From Planctomycetota bacterium (lineage in GTDB: Bacteria > Planctomycetota > PLA2 > JAEUHO01), in assembly GCA_965222115.1 (NCBI GenBank), contig CBDCTJ010000007.1:2784001-2848000 (forward strand): a stretch of DNA of 64,000 bases. Direction: 5' to 3'. Every line of letters begins with the position of its first letter. Within the stretch, counting starts at the first letter, position 1. A program made the position numbers and the translations under genes. The notes beneath the pieces were generated by a model, which was given only the letters and a program-made list of their open reading frames with translations, did no database searches and had not been told where the DNA came from. This document shows positions 20,531 to 30,904 of the stretch, one piece after another.

Positions 20531-21112
20531 TCAGCCTGAGAGTTGCTGCGTTGTTAGGTCAATGTAACGGTACGCTCCGACAGCGGGGTCGGAAAGAATA
20601 AGTTTCACCTCCGACACCCAGTCCTGGGCGAGGTCGTCGGGCTCTCCATCGCTTGTAAGTAGCTGCATGGTGGCTGGTTGTGGCCGCTGATGAACACGGG
20701 CGAGCGTCACATGCGGATGAAATTTTCTGCGATCGGGCGGATAGCCGAGGTCGCCGACCGCGCGGTGAATGGATCGCGCCACGTGTTCGAGCGCCTCGGC
20801 GGCCTCGGGATCAACGCCCGCCCACAACACGCGAGGACGCTCGGGGCGCGGAAACGCGCCCACCCCACGATAGGTCACACCAAAGGGCGGAATGTCTTCC
20901 ACGGCGTCGGCCATCGCACGACCAATATCGGCCACGTCGCGTTCGTCCGTGTTGCCCAAGAAATGCAGCGTGATGTGAAAGTCGTTCTCGTGCGGCACTC
21001 GCAACGCTCGGTCGTTCGCCGCCCACGCGGTCGCCAATCGACAAAGCGATTTCGCCGCCGCCCTTCCACAACGAATCGCAGCGAACGTGCGCATGGCCCC
21101 CTGCCTACCCAC
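20531..21112 (-). CDS. thpR: RNA 2',3'-cyclic phosphodiesterase (2H family)
   Basis: HITLHFLG and PHVTLAR 2H motifs; upstream of recA. Confidence 0.9.
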   Translation of the reverse strand: MGRQGAMRTFAAIRCGRAAAKSLCRLATAWAANDRALRVPHENDFHITLHFLGNTDERDVADIGRAMADAVEDIPPFGVTYRGVGAFPRPERPRVLWAGVDPEAAEALEHVARSIHRAVGDLGYPPDRRKFHPHVTLARVHQRPQPATMQLLTSDGEPDDLAQDWVSEVKLILSDPAVGAYRYIDLTTQQLSG

Positions 21113-21701
21113 GAGGAATCACAAAGGGCGCCGATGTGTCGGAATACATCGCACCGCCCAGACGTCCGAGGGCATTGAGTTTGGCGGGATCGGGCAATCC
21201 ATCGCTCACGATTTCATCTTCAATGTGCAGGTACACAACCTCCAAAAAGAACAAATCCACCGGCCCATGGCCCATTTCCATGTGTTTGGTAAGACGTGCT
21301 TCCATCGCGATCGGTGCATTCGCCAAACGCGGAGGCCCAACCACGTCACTTGGCGACACCAACAAGCCGGTTAGCGATACCTCGTCGGCATCCGGCCCGT
21401 CGTCACGCGACGTCATGACCATTTCCTGCTGCAACGCCGATGGCGGGATGTGCACGACCGCTTCACGTGTCGTCAACAGATTCTCTGCGGTGTCTTTGCG
21501 CGCGCCCGAAGAACGTCGGCCAACGCTCACCATCACGGTCATCGGATGCGTCGTCACACCGGCGAAAAAGGAAAAGGGAGCCAAATTTCTTCCACCCTCC
21601 GCATTCAGCGTCAGCACCCACGCGATGGGCCGAGGAATGACGCACGCGATCATCGTCAGGTAGCTCTCCTTGGGGCTGAGAACGTTGGGGTCGATACGCA
21701 C
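21105..21701 (-). CDS. Flavin reductase-like (DIM6/NTAB family) protein
   Basis: VIPRPIAWV, NLAPFSFF, KDTAEN, GRLGG..Y. Confidence 0.9.
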   Translation of the reverse strand: MRIDPNVLSPKESYLTMIACVIPRPIAWVLTLNAEGGRNLAPFSFFAGVTTHPMTVMVSVGRRSSGARKDTAENLLTTREAVVHIPPSALQQEMVMTSRDDGPDADEVSLTGLLVSPSDVVGPPRLANAPIAMEARLTKHMEMGHGPVDLFFLEVVYLHIEDEIVSDGLPDPAKLNALGRLGGAMYSDTSAPFVIPRG

Positions 21702-21763
21702 GAAATGTCTCCGTCAGGGCGTGGGCGGGGCACAGCCTACGCCGTGAGAACGCAGGTAGGCGA

Positions 21764-22753
21764 GTGTTTGCCTACGATGAACTCGATTACGTCCCTCGAC
21801 GAGCCGTCCAACCCCCGTTCCATGGAGAAATCGAATACACTGAGCGCGCATTGAATTCGTCTGCCAAACCGCCATCCCCCAACTCCGTGTCCTGGGACCA
21901 CGTTCCCGATGCGGTCAAACGCTGCATTGAGCGTCACTGGAAAGCGGCGTGCCGCGAAACGGGATCGGTTCCGCTCTCGTTGGAAGTGTTTGGCACATCG
22001 GTTTTGGCGGGCTGGCAGCGCGGTCGCGTGCGACGGGAACAGTCCATCGAGTTCGAAGAGTTTGTAGACGTCGCTGACGCCATGTGCTGGGATGACCTCT
22101 TGTTGGCCACGCGATGTGAACAAGGGGATGAAGCTGCGTGGCGCTTGTTTCATGAGCGTTACCAGCCCGACTTGGAGGGTGTGTTGGCTCGCCGTGTGGG
22201 AACGGCCAATGCAGAGAGCGAAGCGGCGGCGGTCTTGGCCGACATGGCACTTCCGCCGGCCAAAGGAACATTCAGGACGCAACTCGGCGCCTATGAGGGC
22301 ACCGGCCCGCTTTGGGCTTGGCTCGCAACCATCGGCCTGCGACGCGTTAGTAAGCGGAGAAAGCGCGACCCCGTGTCCATGGATGAAACCGCCGGTCCCG
22401 TGCCTGCCAAAGAGGGACCCAACGCGTCGGCACTGGATTGGGGCGCCCGGCTTCGTGCGTTCGCCCTGGCGCTTGACAAGGCCTGGGCCGACATGGAACC
22501 CAAGGAACGCATGGCACTCAGCCTGCGTCACAATCAGGGGCTCAACGGGCGCCAAATCGCGACCGCCCTAGGCACTTCGCCCCCCACGGTGACGCGAATT
22601 CTGCAACGCGCCGTCGTGAAGATCAGAGGCCAAGTAATTGCGGCCTTGGGGCAAGATCCCATCCAAGATCCGGGGCTCTGGACGCGGATGGAATCGGCGC
22701 TCGTAAGTCATTTTGAAATTTCAGACGGCGAGCGGCACAGGAAGGCGGAGTAA
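21764..22753 (+). CDS. ECF-type sigma-70 factor
   Basis: DDLLLATRCEQGDEAAW, YEGTGPLWAWL (region 2); region 4 HTH QIATALGTSPPTVTRILQRA; start may be GTG near 21887. Confidence 0.85.
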   Translation: MFAYDELDYVPRRAVQPPFHGEIEYTERALNSSAKPPSPNSVSWDHVPDAVKRCIERHWKAACRETGSVPLSLEVFGTSVLAGWQRGRVRREQSIEFEEFVDVADAMCWDDLLLATRCEQGDEAAWRLFHERYQPDLEGVLARRVGTANAESEAAAVLADMALPPAKGTFRTQLGAYEGTGPLWAWLATIGLRRVSKRRKRDPVSMDETAGPVPAKEGPNASALDWGARLRAFALALDKAWADMEPKERMALSLRHNQGLNGRQIATALGTSPPTVTRILQRAVVKIRGQVIAALGQDPIQDPGLWTRMESALVSHFEISDGERHRKAE

Positions 22754-22755
22754 CC

Positions 22756-23775
22756 GTGCACGAATCTCAGGAACCATTTTGGGAGGACCTCGCAGCGCGC
22801 TTGGCGCGTCGGGGTGAACGTGCTACCGCAGCTCAAGTAGATCCGAATGACGTGCTCGATCCCAATGAGCTGGCCACGCTCATGCACACAGAGCTTTCCC
22901 AGGAAGAACGGGAAACATACCTACGAGCGCTAGAACATTCGCCCCATGACGGTGACGTGTTTGCGGACTTGTTGGAGTACGCCGAGACACGCACACCGCA
23001 GGAGCGCACACGCGATGTCGAACACAAGCAGGGAACGCCTGCCTCGAAAAGACGATTGTCATGGCTCGCGGTGCCCCTCGCTGCCGCCGCCGCGATTGCT
23101 CTTGCCTTTACGCTGTTTCCATTGCTGAAGAAGAAGGACGAGCCAACACGATTCGTCGCCAACGTCTGGGACGACGCCACGCTGACCCGCGCGTTTGACC
23201 ATCTCAAGGCCAGCGACCCGGACGCGTTTCAAGACCTTCACCCCATTCTGAGCAAAGAACAGAAACAGGGGGGCAACGGTGTCTACCGCGGCGGGATTGC
23301 CGTGACCTCGCCACGCGGCGCCATCACGAAACAACCTACACTTGCATGGCAATCCGTAAAGGGCGTTGATGACTACCAAGCGCGAGTCGTCAGTGATGAC
23401 GGCCAAACGGTGTTCTCCAAGGTAACGCATCAAACGAGTCTGACGCCGTCCGCCGATGCGTTGCCACTCGCTAAAGGCACTCACTATGTGCTCCGCATCG
23501 AGGCTGAGGCTGGTGGCGTAGCGCTAAAGGGTGGCTCACCCTTTCATTGGATCCACGACGAAGAGTTTGAGAACTACAAGGCTGGACTGCGTGCCATCGA
23601 CACTGCTGTAAATGATCCGGGTGCTCGTGCGCTTCTCGCCGCGCACCTCGCGGCCCGTTACGAGCTATGGGAGCAAGCGCGAGCGCACCTTGAAGTTGAC
23701 GAGGACGTCACGACAGCCTCGAACGAACGAGGAGAGTTCCTCAACTACCTAGACCGTATGCACACTCAGAAATAG
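22756..23775 (+). CDS. Putative membrane-anchored anti-sigma factor
   Basis: Directly after the ECF gene; short cytoplasmic N-domain, one TM (WLAVPLAAAAAIALAF), extracytoplasmic beta domain. Confidence 0.65.
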   Translation: MHESQEPFWEDLAARLARRGERATAAQVDPNDVLDPNELATLMHTELSQEERETYLRALEHSPHDGDVFADLLEYAETRTPQERTRDVEHKQGTPASKRRLSWLAVPLAAAAAIALAFTLFPLLKKKDEPTRFVANVWDDATLTRAFDHLKASDPDAFQDLHPILSKEQKQGGNGVYRGGIAVTSPRGAITKQPTLAWQSVKGVDDYQARVVSDDGQTVFSKVTHQTSLTPSADALPLAKGTHYVLRIEAEAGGVALKGGSPFHWIHDEEFENYKAGLRAIDTAVNDPGARALLAAHLAARYELWEQARAHLEVDEDVTTASNERGEFLNYLDRMHTQK

Positions 23776-26700
23776 GTGCGACGCATGACTTGCGGATCGA
23801 CGAGCAGCGTGGAGGACCCCCTTTCGCGATTGCGCCCCACTTGGATAATGGGCCTGCTTTGCATCCTCGTCGCGATTTCGCCGACTGGCGCGCTCGCCAA
23901 GAAGCAGGAGCGGCGGCGCCTGCCGGTATGGCGACCGTATCCCAAAGTGGCACACGAAGTCACGCAAGCGTTTGAATCGAGGAACATTGATCGTATCCGT
24001 CGACTCGCGAGTGAAGACCACGACCATACGGGTGTACTTTCTGCCATTCTGTTTCGCCCGAACGCGCCACGGGAAGCGCAACGCGAAATCGCAAGTGCCT
24101 ACGTCAAGCACCTCAAAGAAGACAACCCGGCTCGAGCCTTTGGAGCCTATTGGCTGCAAGCAGAAGAGGCTGACTACAAACGGGAGCGAGCCTATTGGCG
24201 TCACACCGGCCAGATCGCGAAACGCCTGCGGACAGAGCCTGTGGAAGACGTCCTACGTTTTCTCGATTCGCAAATGAGCTCGGTGAGAAACGATCGACAT
24301 TCTTACGCGCGATTCATGCTTTGGAGTATGTACATCAAACTTCTGCGTCGATCCAAACGACTTAAGGAGGCGATCAACGAGCGTGAGCTCATGATTCGCG
24401 CTGCCACGGAATCGGGAGATCACGCACGGGCGGCCGAGTTTTGTCAGGAGCGTTTCGAACTCATGCGCTATGCGGGAGCGTTCAAGGCGGCCGAACAAGA
24501 AGGTAAGCGTGCTGCGAAACTTCTCATTCGATCAAGGCGGTGGGGTCGGGCGGCCACCGTGCTCACAGCGCTCGCGGACGCCGCTCGTGTACGGCGCGAT
24601 TACAAGGCGGCAGAGCGTCACATTGGAAGTGCGATGGCCATCGCCACAGACACGAACGATCCCACGCTCATTGCGAGTGTGTGTCTCGCTCGAAGTGAAA
24701 TCGCGGTGGCGCGACGTGAGTACACGCATGCCATCGAACTCAAGATTCAGGTGTGGAAGATGGTGCGAGGGCTTCTTGACAATCCGGAGGCTCGTACGTT
24801 GGTCGTCCGATCGCTCACTCACCTCGTGAACTTGATGCGACTACAGGCACTGATGCAAGAAGCAATTCGTTATGGACACCAACTCGACGCAGCGCTTTCA
24901 AGTGTAGACGGCGTTCATCAAAGTTATGTGGCGAGGGCAAGACTCTCCATCGCATCACTAGAACTCTCGCTCGATAACCAACAGCAGGCGTATGCCCATT
25001 TCAAGGGCGCAAGAGCCTTGCTGAGCAATCACGCATTATTGATGGATGACCGCGCGATGGCGATGCGCGGTGAGTTGTTGACGCGCACACCGGACAAAGA
25101 CAATACGTCCGAGAACGATCAGTTGCTTGAAAAGTATAGAGAGCTTACACGTCGCATCATCAAGACCAGGCCCTCCTCATTTGCCTGGGCAAGTCTAAGT
25201 CGTGTCGAGTTCACCCTAGGGCATCATGCCGCAGCACGCACATCGGCAGAGAAGGCCCTGGAGCTGGCCAGCGAATCGTCCCCATCCGCTTTCCATGCCA
25301 TACGCGCACGCGTTGCGATGGCCCACGTGCACATTCACGATCACAAGTGGGAAGAGGCTATTGCGTGCCTGAAACCCACGACCTCACAAACGTTACGTCC
25401 ACAGAGCGTTGCATACGCGCACTCATTGTCCGGGAGCTGCGCGCTCAAACTTGGACGCTTTTCAAATGCTATTGACCACTTTCGCGAAGCCATTACGAAA
25501 AAGAGTCAAGTATGGCGCGGTGTCGGCCTGCTTAGCAGGAATGCACAACGCCATACGGTGAACAACTTGGCAGGCGAAGGTATGCGGGCAGCATTTGAGT
25601 GGAGCCGCGCGGACCCATCTAAGCAAGCGCAAGCGCTGGAAGCCGCCTGGTGGTTTGGAGAGGCGGGGCGCGCGCAAGCGATGGCGCAGGCCTTGGTGTC
25701 TGGCAAGCCGACGAATGATTCGGAACTGCGGAATCAGTATGAAACAGCGATGGAAAGGGTGGAAACACTCCAGCGGGAGCACGTCTTGGCGCTTGCGTAT
25801 GGGGAAACGAAGCACCAACAACGGCTTCGCCCCCAGCTCGATGCAGCGCTAAGGGCTGCACACGAGGCGGCAAAGGCTCTCGACGCCCGACGCCGTCCTC
25901 CCGCAACAATGCCGACGCTTGTCTCTCTTGAAGAGGCACGAGGCGCATTGAATGACGACGAGTGCGTGCTCCGCTTTCATCTCGCCCAGGATGAGTTTTG
26001 GGGCATGGCAGCCAGCAAGCGCGGTGCGTCCATCGCCCGAATTGGCTCGACGAACGACATTGCAGAACTCATCACTGCGTGGCGCGACCTTGCATCGATT
26101 CCGGGCGGTCGGGATGAGAAAGTGGCCCACACCCTCTACAACCGACTCATTGCGCCGTTTCAGAATGTGATCGGTGATGCCAAGCACCTATGTGTTGTTC
26201 CCGACGGTGCCATCGCGACCATTCCAGTGGATGCCCTCGTAGCTGAAATAGGTGGCAAGCCTCGGCCCACGCGTGTCATTGAACGGTTCAGTGTGTGCTA
26301 CGCACAATCGTATAGCGTCTACAAGCTCCTGCGTGCACGGCGCAGTGAACAGAGTGTGCCGCGAGGTATTGTAGCACTTGGCGGCGTTCCCTATCCCCAC
26401 GATGCAAGTGTGCTTGTCGACGAGGGACGCGTCCTTGCGAGCAGGCTCCGAGGCGGACTTACACTCCCTCCACTTCCTGCCACGCGCGCAGAGGTCGAGC
26501 GCATCGGCGCACTGTTTGCCAGTGAGCACCGTGAAGTACTAACGGGTAAGGCTGCGACGATTCCGAATCTCATGAAGCACGTACGGGATCGATCAACGCC
26601 ACTGGACGTCCTTCACATTGCAACCCATGGGCTGGCCGACAACGCCACGCCCTCGCTATCCGGTCTGGTATTGGCTGGCGGCAGTGTGCTCACCGCCGAG

Positions 26701-27021
26701 CGCATCGAACGCACTCGCATTCCAGCGCGCTTGGCTGTTCTCTCCGCGTGCGACTCCGGCAGCGGCACCCATTCACCCGGGGAGGGTTTACTGGGCCTTA
26801 CGCGCTCTCTGATGGCGGCGGGCGTTTCGCAAGTTGTGTGTTCCACTTGGCAACTGGCCGACACGCACGCCGCAGAATTCATGGTGGCCATGCACAAGCG
26901 CCGCAAGGCATTGAAGCGTACGAGCGAGGCCCTGCGACAAACTCGCCTCGATGTCCTCCGCAAGCCGGAGACGACGCATCCGTTCTATTGGGCGGGGTAT
27001 CAGCTTTGGGGTGGCGACTAG
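23776..27021 (+). CDS. TPR + CHAT domain (caspase-like) protease
   Basis: Helical repeats, then LCVVPDG, LHIATHG (His), VLSACDSG (Cys), GEGLLGL, HPFYWAGY; N-terminal signal/TM. Confidence 0.92.
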   Translation: MRRMTCGSTSSVEDPLSRLRPTWIMGLLCILVAISPTGALAKKQERRRLPVWRPYPKVAHEVTQAFESRNIDRIRRLASEDHDHTGVLSAILFRPNAPREAQREIASAYVKHLKEDNPARAFGAYWLQAEEADYKRERAYWRHTGQIAKRLRTEPVEDVLRFLDSQMSSVRNDRHSYARFMLWSMYIKLLRRSKRLKEAINERELMIRAATESGDHARAAEFCQERFELMRYAGAFKAAEQEGKRAAKLLIRSRRWGRAATVLTALADAARVRRDYKAAERHIGSAMAIATDTNDPTLIASVCLARSEIAVARREYTHAIELKIQVWKMVRGLLDNPEARTLVVRSLTHLVNLMRLQALMQEAIRYGHQLDAALSSVDGVHQSYVARARLSIASLELSLDNQQQAYAHFKGARALLSNHALLMDDRAMAMRGELLTRTPDKDNTSENDQLLEKYRELTRRIIKTRPSSFAWASLSRVEFTLGHHAAARTSAEKALELASESSPSAFHAIRARVAMAHVHIHDHKWEEAIACLKPTTSQTLRPQSVAYAHSLSGSCALKLGRFSNAIDHFREAITKKSQVWRGVGLLSRNAQRHTVNNLAGEGMRAAFEWSRADPSKQAQALEAAWWFGEAGRAQAMAQALVSGKPTNDSELRNQYETAMERVETLQREHVLALAYGETKHQQRLRPQLDAALRAAHEAAKALDARRRPPATMPTLVSLEEARGALNDDECVLRFHLAQDEFWGMAASKRGASIARIGSTNDIAELITAWRDLASIPGGRDEKVAHTLYNRLIAPFQNVIGDAKHLCVVPDGAIATIPVDALVAEIGGKPRPTRVIERFSVCYAQSYSVYKLLRARRSEQSVPRGIVALGGVPYPHDASVLVDEGRVLASRLRGGLTLPPLPATRAEVERIGALFASEHREVLTGKAATIPNLMKHVRDRSTPLDVLHIATHGLADNATPSLSGLVLAGGSVLTAERIERTRIPARLAVLSACDSGSGTHSPGEGLLGLTRSLMAAGVSQVVCSTWQLADTHAAEFMVAMHKRRKALKRTSEALRQTRLDVLRKPETTHPFYWAGYQLWGGD

Positions 27022-27228
27022 CTCGGGGCCGCGCTTCATGAACACACTGGGTCTGCCACATTGCCGTGCGCAAGTTGCGGATATCCCGTCGTGGGCACGT
27101 TGCTGCGTTGGCATCCGCGCATCTTCGTCTCAGGTCCGCTTGCAGAACTTGAGTTGGGACCCACCTCGCGAAACATCGCGGGCGCACGGCGGGCAGGTGA
27201 CCGGCTCGTTCATGCCGTCCGTAAGCGT

Positions 27229-29379
27229 CTACTTTGAGGACAACCACCACACGTCGTCAAACGCTTCTGCGCTGTCCTGCTTTTGTTGTTCCATACACTT
27301 CGCGGTGAGCAGCATGCTCACGGCATAGAGCGGATTGGACGCATCAATCTCTTCTAACGCGGCCAGCGCATCGCCGAAACGCGCATCGGTGTAGGAAGTC
27401 AATGCACGTTCGTAACTCTTGGCCGCCGACAAGACATCGTCGGGAACGTCTCCACGTCGTCCAAGGGGCTGATACACGGGCTCGGGCTTCGTTTTGCCCT
27501 TGACCCCCACGCGGTGGAGCCTTAGCCATTCAAACTCGTCGGCGGATTGATCCCGCGTCTTCTTTGAGCAGAGAATCGTGCTTCCGAAGACCTTGTTGGC
27601 ACCCTCCAATCGTGCGGCGAGATTCACAACATCGCCAAGTGCCGTAAAGTTCAGTCGGGACGGTGAGCCAAAGTTGCCGACGAAGGCGCGGCCCGAGGCA
27701 ATGCCGAACCCCGTCCATAGCGGTGGACGCCCCTGCGCCTCACAGCGCGCATTAAACGCCTCGACAAATGATGCGCAGCGCAATGCGGCCCGAACGGCGC
27801 CGGCACCGTGATCGTCACGTTCGACCGGAGCGCCCCACATCGCCATGATGGCGTCACCCACCATCTTGTCCACCACCCCGTGTTCTTCCCGAATGATCTC
27901 GAGCATGCCTTCGAAGTAGGCCGAGAGGTGTTCGGAGAGATCGGTATTCGACATGCCTTCTGAAATGGTCGTGAAGCCACGAATATCGGTAAACAAGATC
28001 GTCACCGGCATGGCTTCGCCGCCGAGCTTGGCCGCCTCGCCGCGACGAAGCAGTTCCCGCACCACTTCCGTGGGAATGTACTTCGAAAAGCTCTCCAAGG
28101 CCGTGCGCATGTTCTCCTGCGCGCCCGCCAACAGATGCGTTTCCAGTACGTGCGACTCAATGGGCTTGCCGGGGCTCAGGTCAAGCGAACGAATGCGTTC
28201 GCTTTCTTTGGCCAATTGCCGTAGTGGTCGCCCGTACATGCGGGCCATGAGGGCTGCGAGGCCAAGTGCAATAAGCAGGGCCAACCCGGACACCCACAGG
28301 ATGTTTCGTTGTTGCTCCTTCACTTGGCCCAGGAAATCAGCTTCGGGTACTACCACACCAATCCACAGGGGCGGCCCTTGTTCTAGCGTGTACGGTTCGA
28401 ACTGAACGCGCCATGCCTCGCCGTCAATTTCCAAGCGACGACGAGAAGGCTTTCCGGTGGCTTCAATCGATTCGTACAACTTACGCACGCCGGCAAGTGA
28501 TGGTTGACCCACTTCGTGAAGCTCCGGCATGCGGTTGCCGAGTGCCTTGACGTGGGCCAGTCGCTTTTCTGCCGTGTTGTATTCTTCCGTCGCCGGAAAA
28601 CCCACAATGCGACCATCTTTGGTCAATACCATCGCCATGCTGTTGGGCGTGGGACGAAGAGATGCCGTAAAGTTACTCAGTTTTGTCAACATGACATTGA
28701 ACGTCATCATGTAGACGTCGTTACCGGGCCCCTCATAGGGGAGTGAGGCGGCGATACCGGGGTTTTTGCTGGTGTTGAGAATGAATGGATCGGTCCAGGC
28801 CATCTTCGTGTTGGCAACGTCGCCGTCCGCCAGTTCCAACTGCTTACGTGCACCCGCGTACCATGGTCGTTTACGAGGATCGAATTTGGTGGCTTTGCTG
28901 TATTCCTCAAGCACCTCGCCTTCCGGCGTCACAATGAAATAGTCGGCCGGACGTCCTTTCTCCCCGGCGTATGTCAGACGATTGAGATAGTTGTCACCCT
29001 TTGCACCAAGTCGGTAGCTGTATCCGCCGGTATTGCCGGTTGCAATGGAGGTGACCTGCGGCATCGCCTCCAACACGGGCAAATACACTTTGTTGGAGCC
29101 GTGCATATCCTTCGGTTCCACCACGTGCGACCGCGCCCAGGCGCGGCCATTTCGAATGCCCGTCATCACAGGTAAAAAGAACCCCCCGAGCTTTTCCACG
29201 ACGACATCTCGCGTCTTGTCGAGGTAGCGTCCGCCGAGGTCCTCTGCGATGGCCTTCCCCGCCCGGTGATTCACGAACAAGAGCGCTGCCACCAGCGCCA
29301 AAATTAGCGACATTAGCAGTGTAAGTAGACTGGTACGAATGCGAACCCGAGGCACGCAGGGGAGCCTACAGGAACGCAT
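27229..29379 (-). CDS. Membrane class III adenylate cyclase (extracytoplasmic sensor, HAMP)
   Basis: Two TM segments; FTDIRGFT, DKMVGDAIM, FTALGDVVNLAARLEG. Confidence 0.92.
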   Translation of the reverse strand: MRSCRLPCVPRVRIRTSLLTLLMSLILALVAALLFVNHRAGKAIAEDLGGRYLDKTRDVVVEKLGGFFLPVMTGIRNGRAWARSHVVEPKDMHGSNKVYLPVLEAMPQVTSIATGNTGGYSYRLGAKGDNYLNRLTYAGEKGRPADYFIVTPEGEVLEEYSKATKFDPRKRPWYAGARKQLELADGDVANTKMAWTDPFILNTSKNPGIAASLPYEGPGNDVYMMTFNVMLTKLSNFTASLRPTPNSMAMVLTKDGRIVGFPATEEYNTAEKRLAHVKALGNRMPELHEVGQPSLAGVRKLYESIEATGKPSRRRLEIDGEAWRVQFEPYTLEQGPPLWIGVVVPEADFLGQVKEQQRNILWVSGLALLIALGLAALMARMYGRPLRQLAKESERIRSLDLSPGKPIESHVLETHLLAGAQENMRTALESFSKYIPTEVVRELLRRGEAAKLGGEAMPVTILFTDIRGFTTISEGMSNTDLSEHLSAYFEGMLEIIREEHGVVDKMVGDAIMAMWGAPVERDDHGAGAVRAALRCASFVEAFNARCEAQGRPPLWTGFGIASGRAFVGNFGSPSRLNFTALGDVVNLAARLEGANKVFGSTILCSKKTRDQSADEFEWLRLHRVGVKGKTKPEPVYQPLGRRGDVPDDVLSAAKSYERALTSYTDARFGDALAALEEIDASNPLYAVSMLLTAKCMEQQKQDSAEAFDDVWWLSSK

Positions 29380-29469
29380 CCCTATTTAGAAATCTAAGAT
29401 ATGGGCTCACATTCGCTGATTGAATCGGACTCGGCGTTCCTGCGCACCCCCGTGTCGAACGCCGTTCAT

Positions 29470-29684
29470 CTCACGCAGAGGCGCCGGGTTGCGGAGGCGC
29501 AGAGCGCAGGTTTGAGGAACGCCGGACGAATCGATCATCGAATGCTCATCCTTGAGTCCGGGTGAGGGGGAACGGTTCACGGGTGACGGGGATACGGGGA
29601 AACTCAATCCCTATGAAGCCGAGCTTGCAGCCAACGGAACACACTTCTCACTGCGCCTCCGCGCCCTCAGGGGCTCTGCGTGAG
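29470..29684. repeat. Element with imperfect ~33-bp terminal inverted repeats enclosing a dispersed-repeat core
   Basis: CTCACGCAGAG..GCGGAGGCGCAG (29470-29502) pairs with CTGCGCCTCCGC..CTCTGCGTGAG (29651-29684); core GAATCGATCATCGAATGCTCATCCTTGAGTCCGGG starts at 29528. Confidence 0.75.
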
Positions 29685-29731
29685 GTAACCCACTCCCGAC
29701 GAACACGTACTCGATTCGAACGCAATAGAGT

Positions 29732-30070
29732 TCACTCATCATCCGTTGCCCACACCACATCAAGCGCCCCCATTCGCCGCAGCAGCCCGACCAATCGGCG
29801 ATGCGTTTCACGGGTTTCGAGCGCAATGGAAACGACGCGTCCGACAGCCTTTGCATGGGGCACGAACTCCCAATCGGTGTCTTCACTCAATATCCACGCG
29901 TACTCATCGGGATCGATTTCCTCAAACCCGTCCCATTGCAGCTCCGTTTCGCCATCCACCAACCGGCGAAACCACGCGTTCAATGCATCCTGCGCTTCGA
30001 TGGCATGGGCATCGTCGCGGAAGGTGCCGCGGATGCCGGTGACGGGGGCCGCTTCATTCATGTCGAGCAT
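29732..30070 (-). CDS. Small acidic hypothetical protein coupled to comF
   Basis: ATG overlaps the comF stop (TAATG); globular-looking 112 aa. Confidence 0.65.
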   Translation of the reverse strand: MLDMNEAAPVTGIRGTFRDDAHAIEAQDALNAWFRRLVDGETELQWDGFEEIDPDEYAWILSEDTDWEFVPHAKAVGRVVSIALETRETHRRLVGLLRRMGALDVVWATDDE

Positions 30071-30864
30071 TATGCACCACGTTCTGTGCGACAGGCCACG
30101 ACAACGACCACGCGAAGTGCGCCCGCGCGAAGCAGTGCATAGGAGACTGCGCGGGCGGTGGCGCCGCTCGTGATCACGTCGTCGACCAGCATGACGCATC
30201 GCCCCGCTACCGCACGGCGCTTCGCGACAAAGCCACCGCGTGGTCCCAGTCGTCGCTGGGCTTTGGAACGTGTCGTTTGAGGCGGGCCGTGGACGCGTCG
30301 CTTTACCGCTCGCGAGGCAACTGGAATGTGCAAACGCCGACCAAGTGCCTTGGCCAGTAACGCGGATTGGTTGTAGCCCCGTTCTCGCATTCGCTTCGCG
30401 GATAGTGGAACTGGAACCAACAGGTCGCCGGGAATGTCGGCGGCTCGAAGCGCCTCCTCCATCGGACCCGCAAGCATCTCAGCAAGATGGCAGCCGTCTC
30501 GAAACTTGAGCCCAAGGACAAGTTGTCGTGCGCTTTCTCGATACGAGTAGGGCGCAATCACTCCGGCAATCACGTCTCGCCGACGCGGCACACGCGACCC
30601 GATCGCATCGAGCTCTGCTGAGGGTCCCAAACATTGCGGGCAGGACTCAAGCGACACACGCGGCCCCACACTCCTCCCGCAACGTCGACATCGCGGTCGC
30701 CACATAGGCAGTGCCGCCATGCAGCCATCGCAGAATCGACGATCAGGTGCATCCCACGTGTCCACGCCGCAGAGCACACAGCGAGGTGGAAACCACGTGT
30801 CGATGAGGCCGGTGATGAACGCTTTGATCACAGGCCTACTACGAACCAAACCTCGATTGGCCAC
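30070..30864 (-). CDS. comF: ComF family (double zinc ribbon + PRTase)
   Basis: CVLC/CDGC/CRRC/CPQC, VPVPLS..RERGYNQS, LVDDVITSGAT. Confidence 0.9.
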   Translation of the reverse strand: MANRGLVRSRPVIKAFITGLIDTWFPPRCVLCGVDTWDAPDRRFCDGCMAALPMWRPRCRRCGRSVGPRVSLESCPQCLGPSAELDAIGSRVPRRRDVIAGVIAPYSYRESARQLVLGLKFRDGCHLAEMLAGPMEEALRAADIPGDLLVPVPLSAKRMRERGYNQSALLAKALGRRLHIPVASRAVKRRVHGPPQTTRSKAQRRLGPRGGFVAKRRAVAGRCVMLVDDVITSGATARAVSYALLRAGALRVVVVVACRTERGA

Positions 30865-30904
30865 ATCTCGTTGCTAGCGGCAGGTTGTTCAAGTTGTCCG
30901 TACG

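Noticed and set aside
21737-22555. Long antisense ORFs here and at 1228, 5358, 13994, 43254, 51870 and elsewhere
   Set aside because: Shadow ORFs expected opposite real genes in GC-rich DNA; no motifs.
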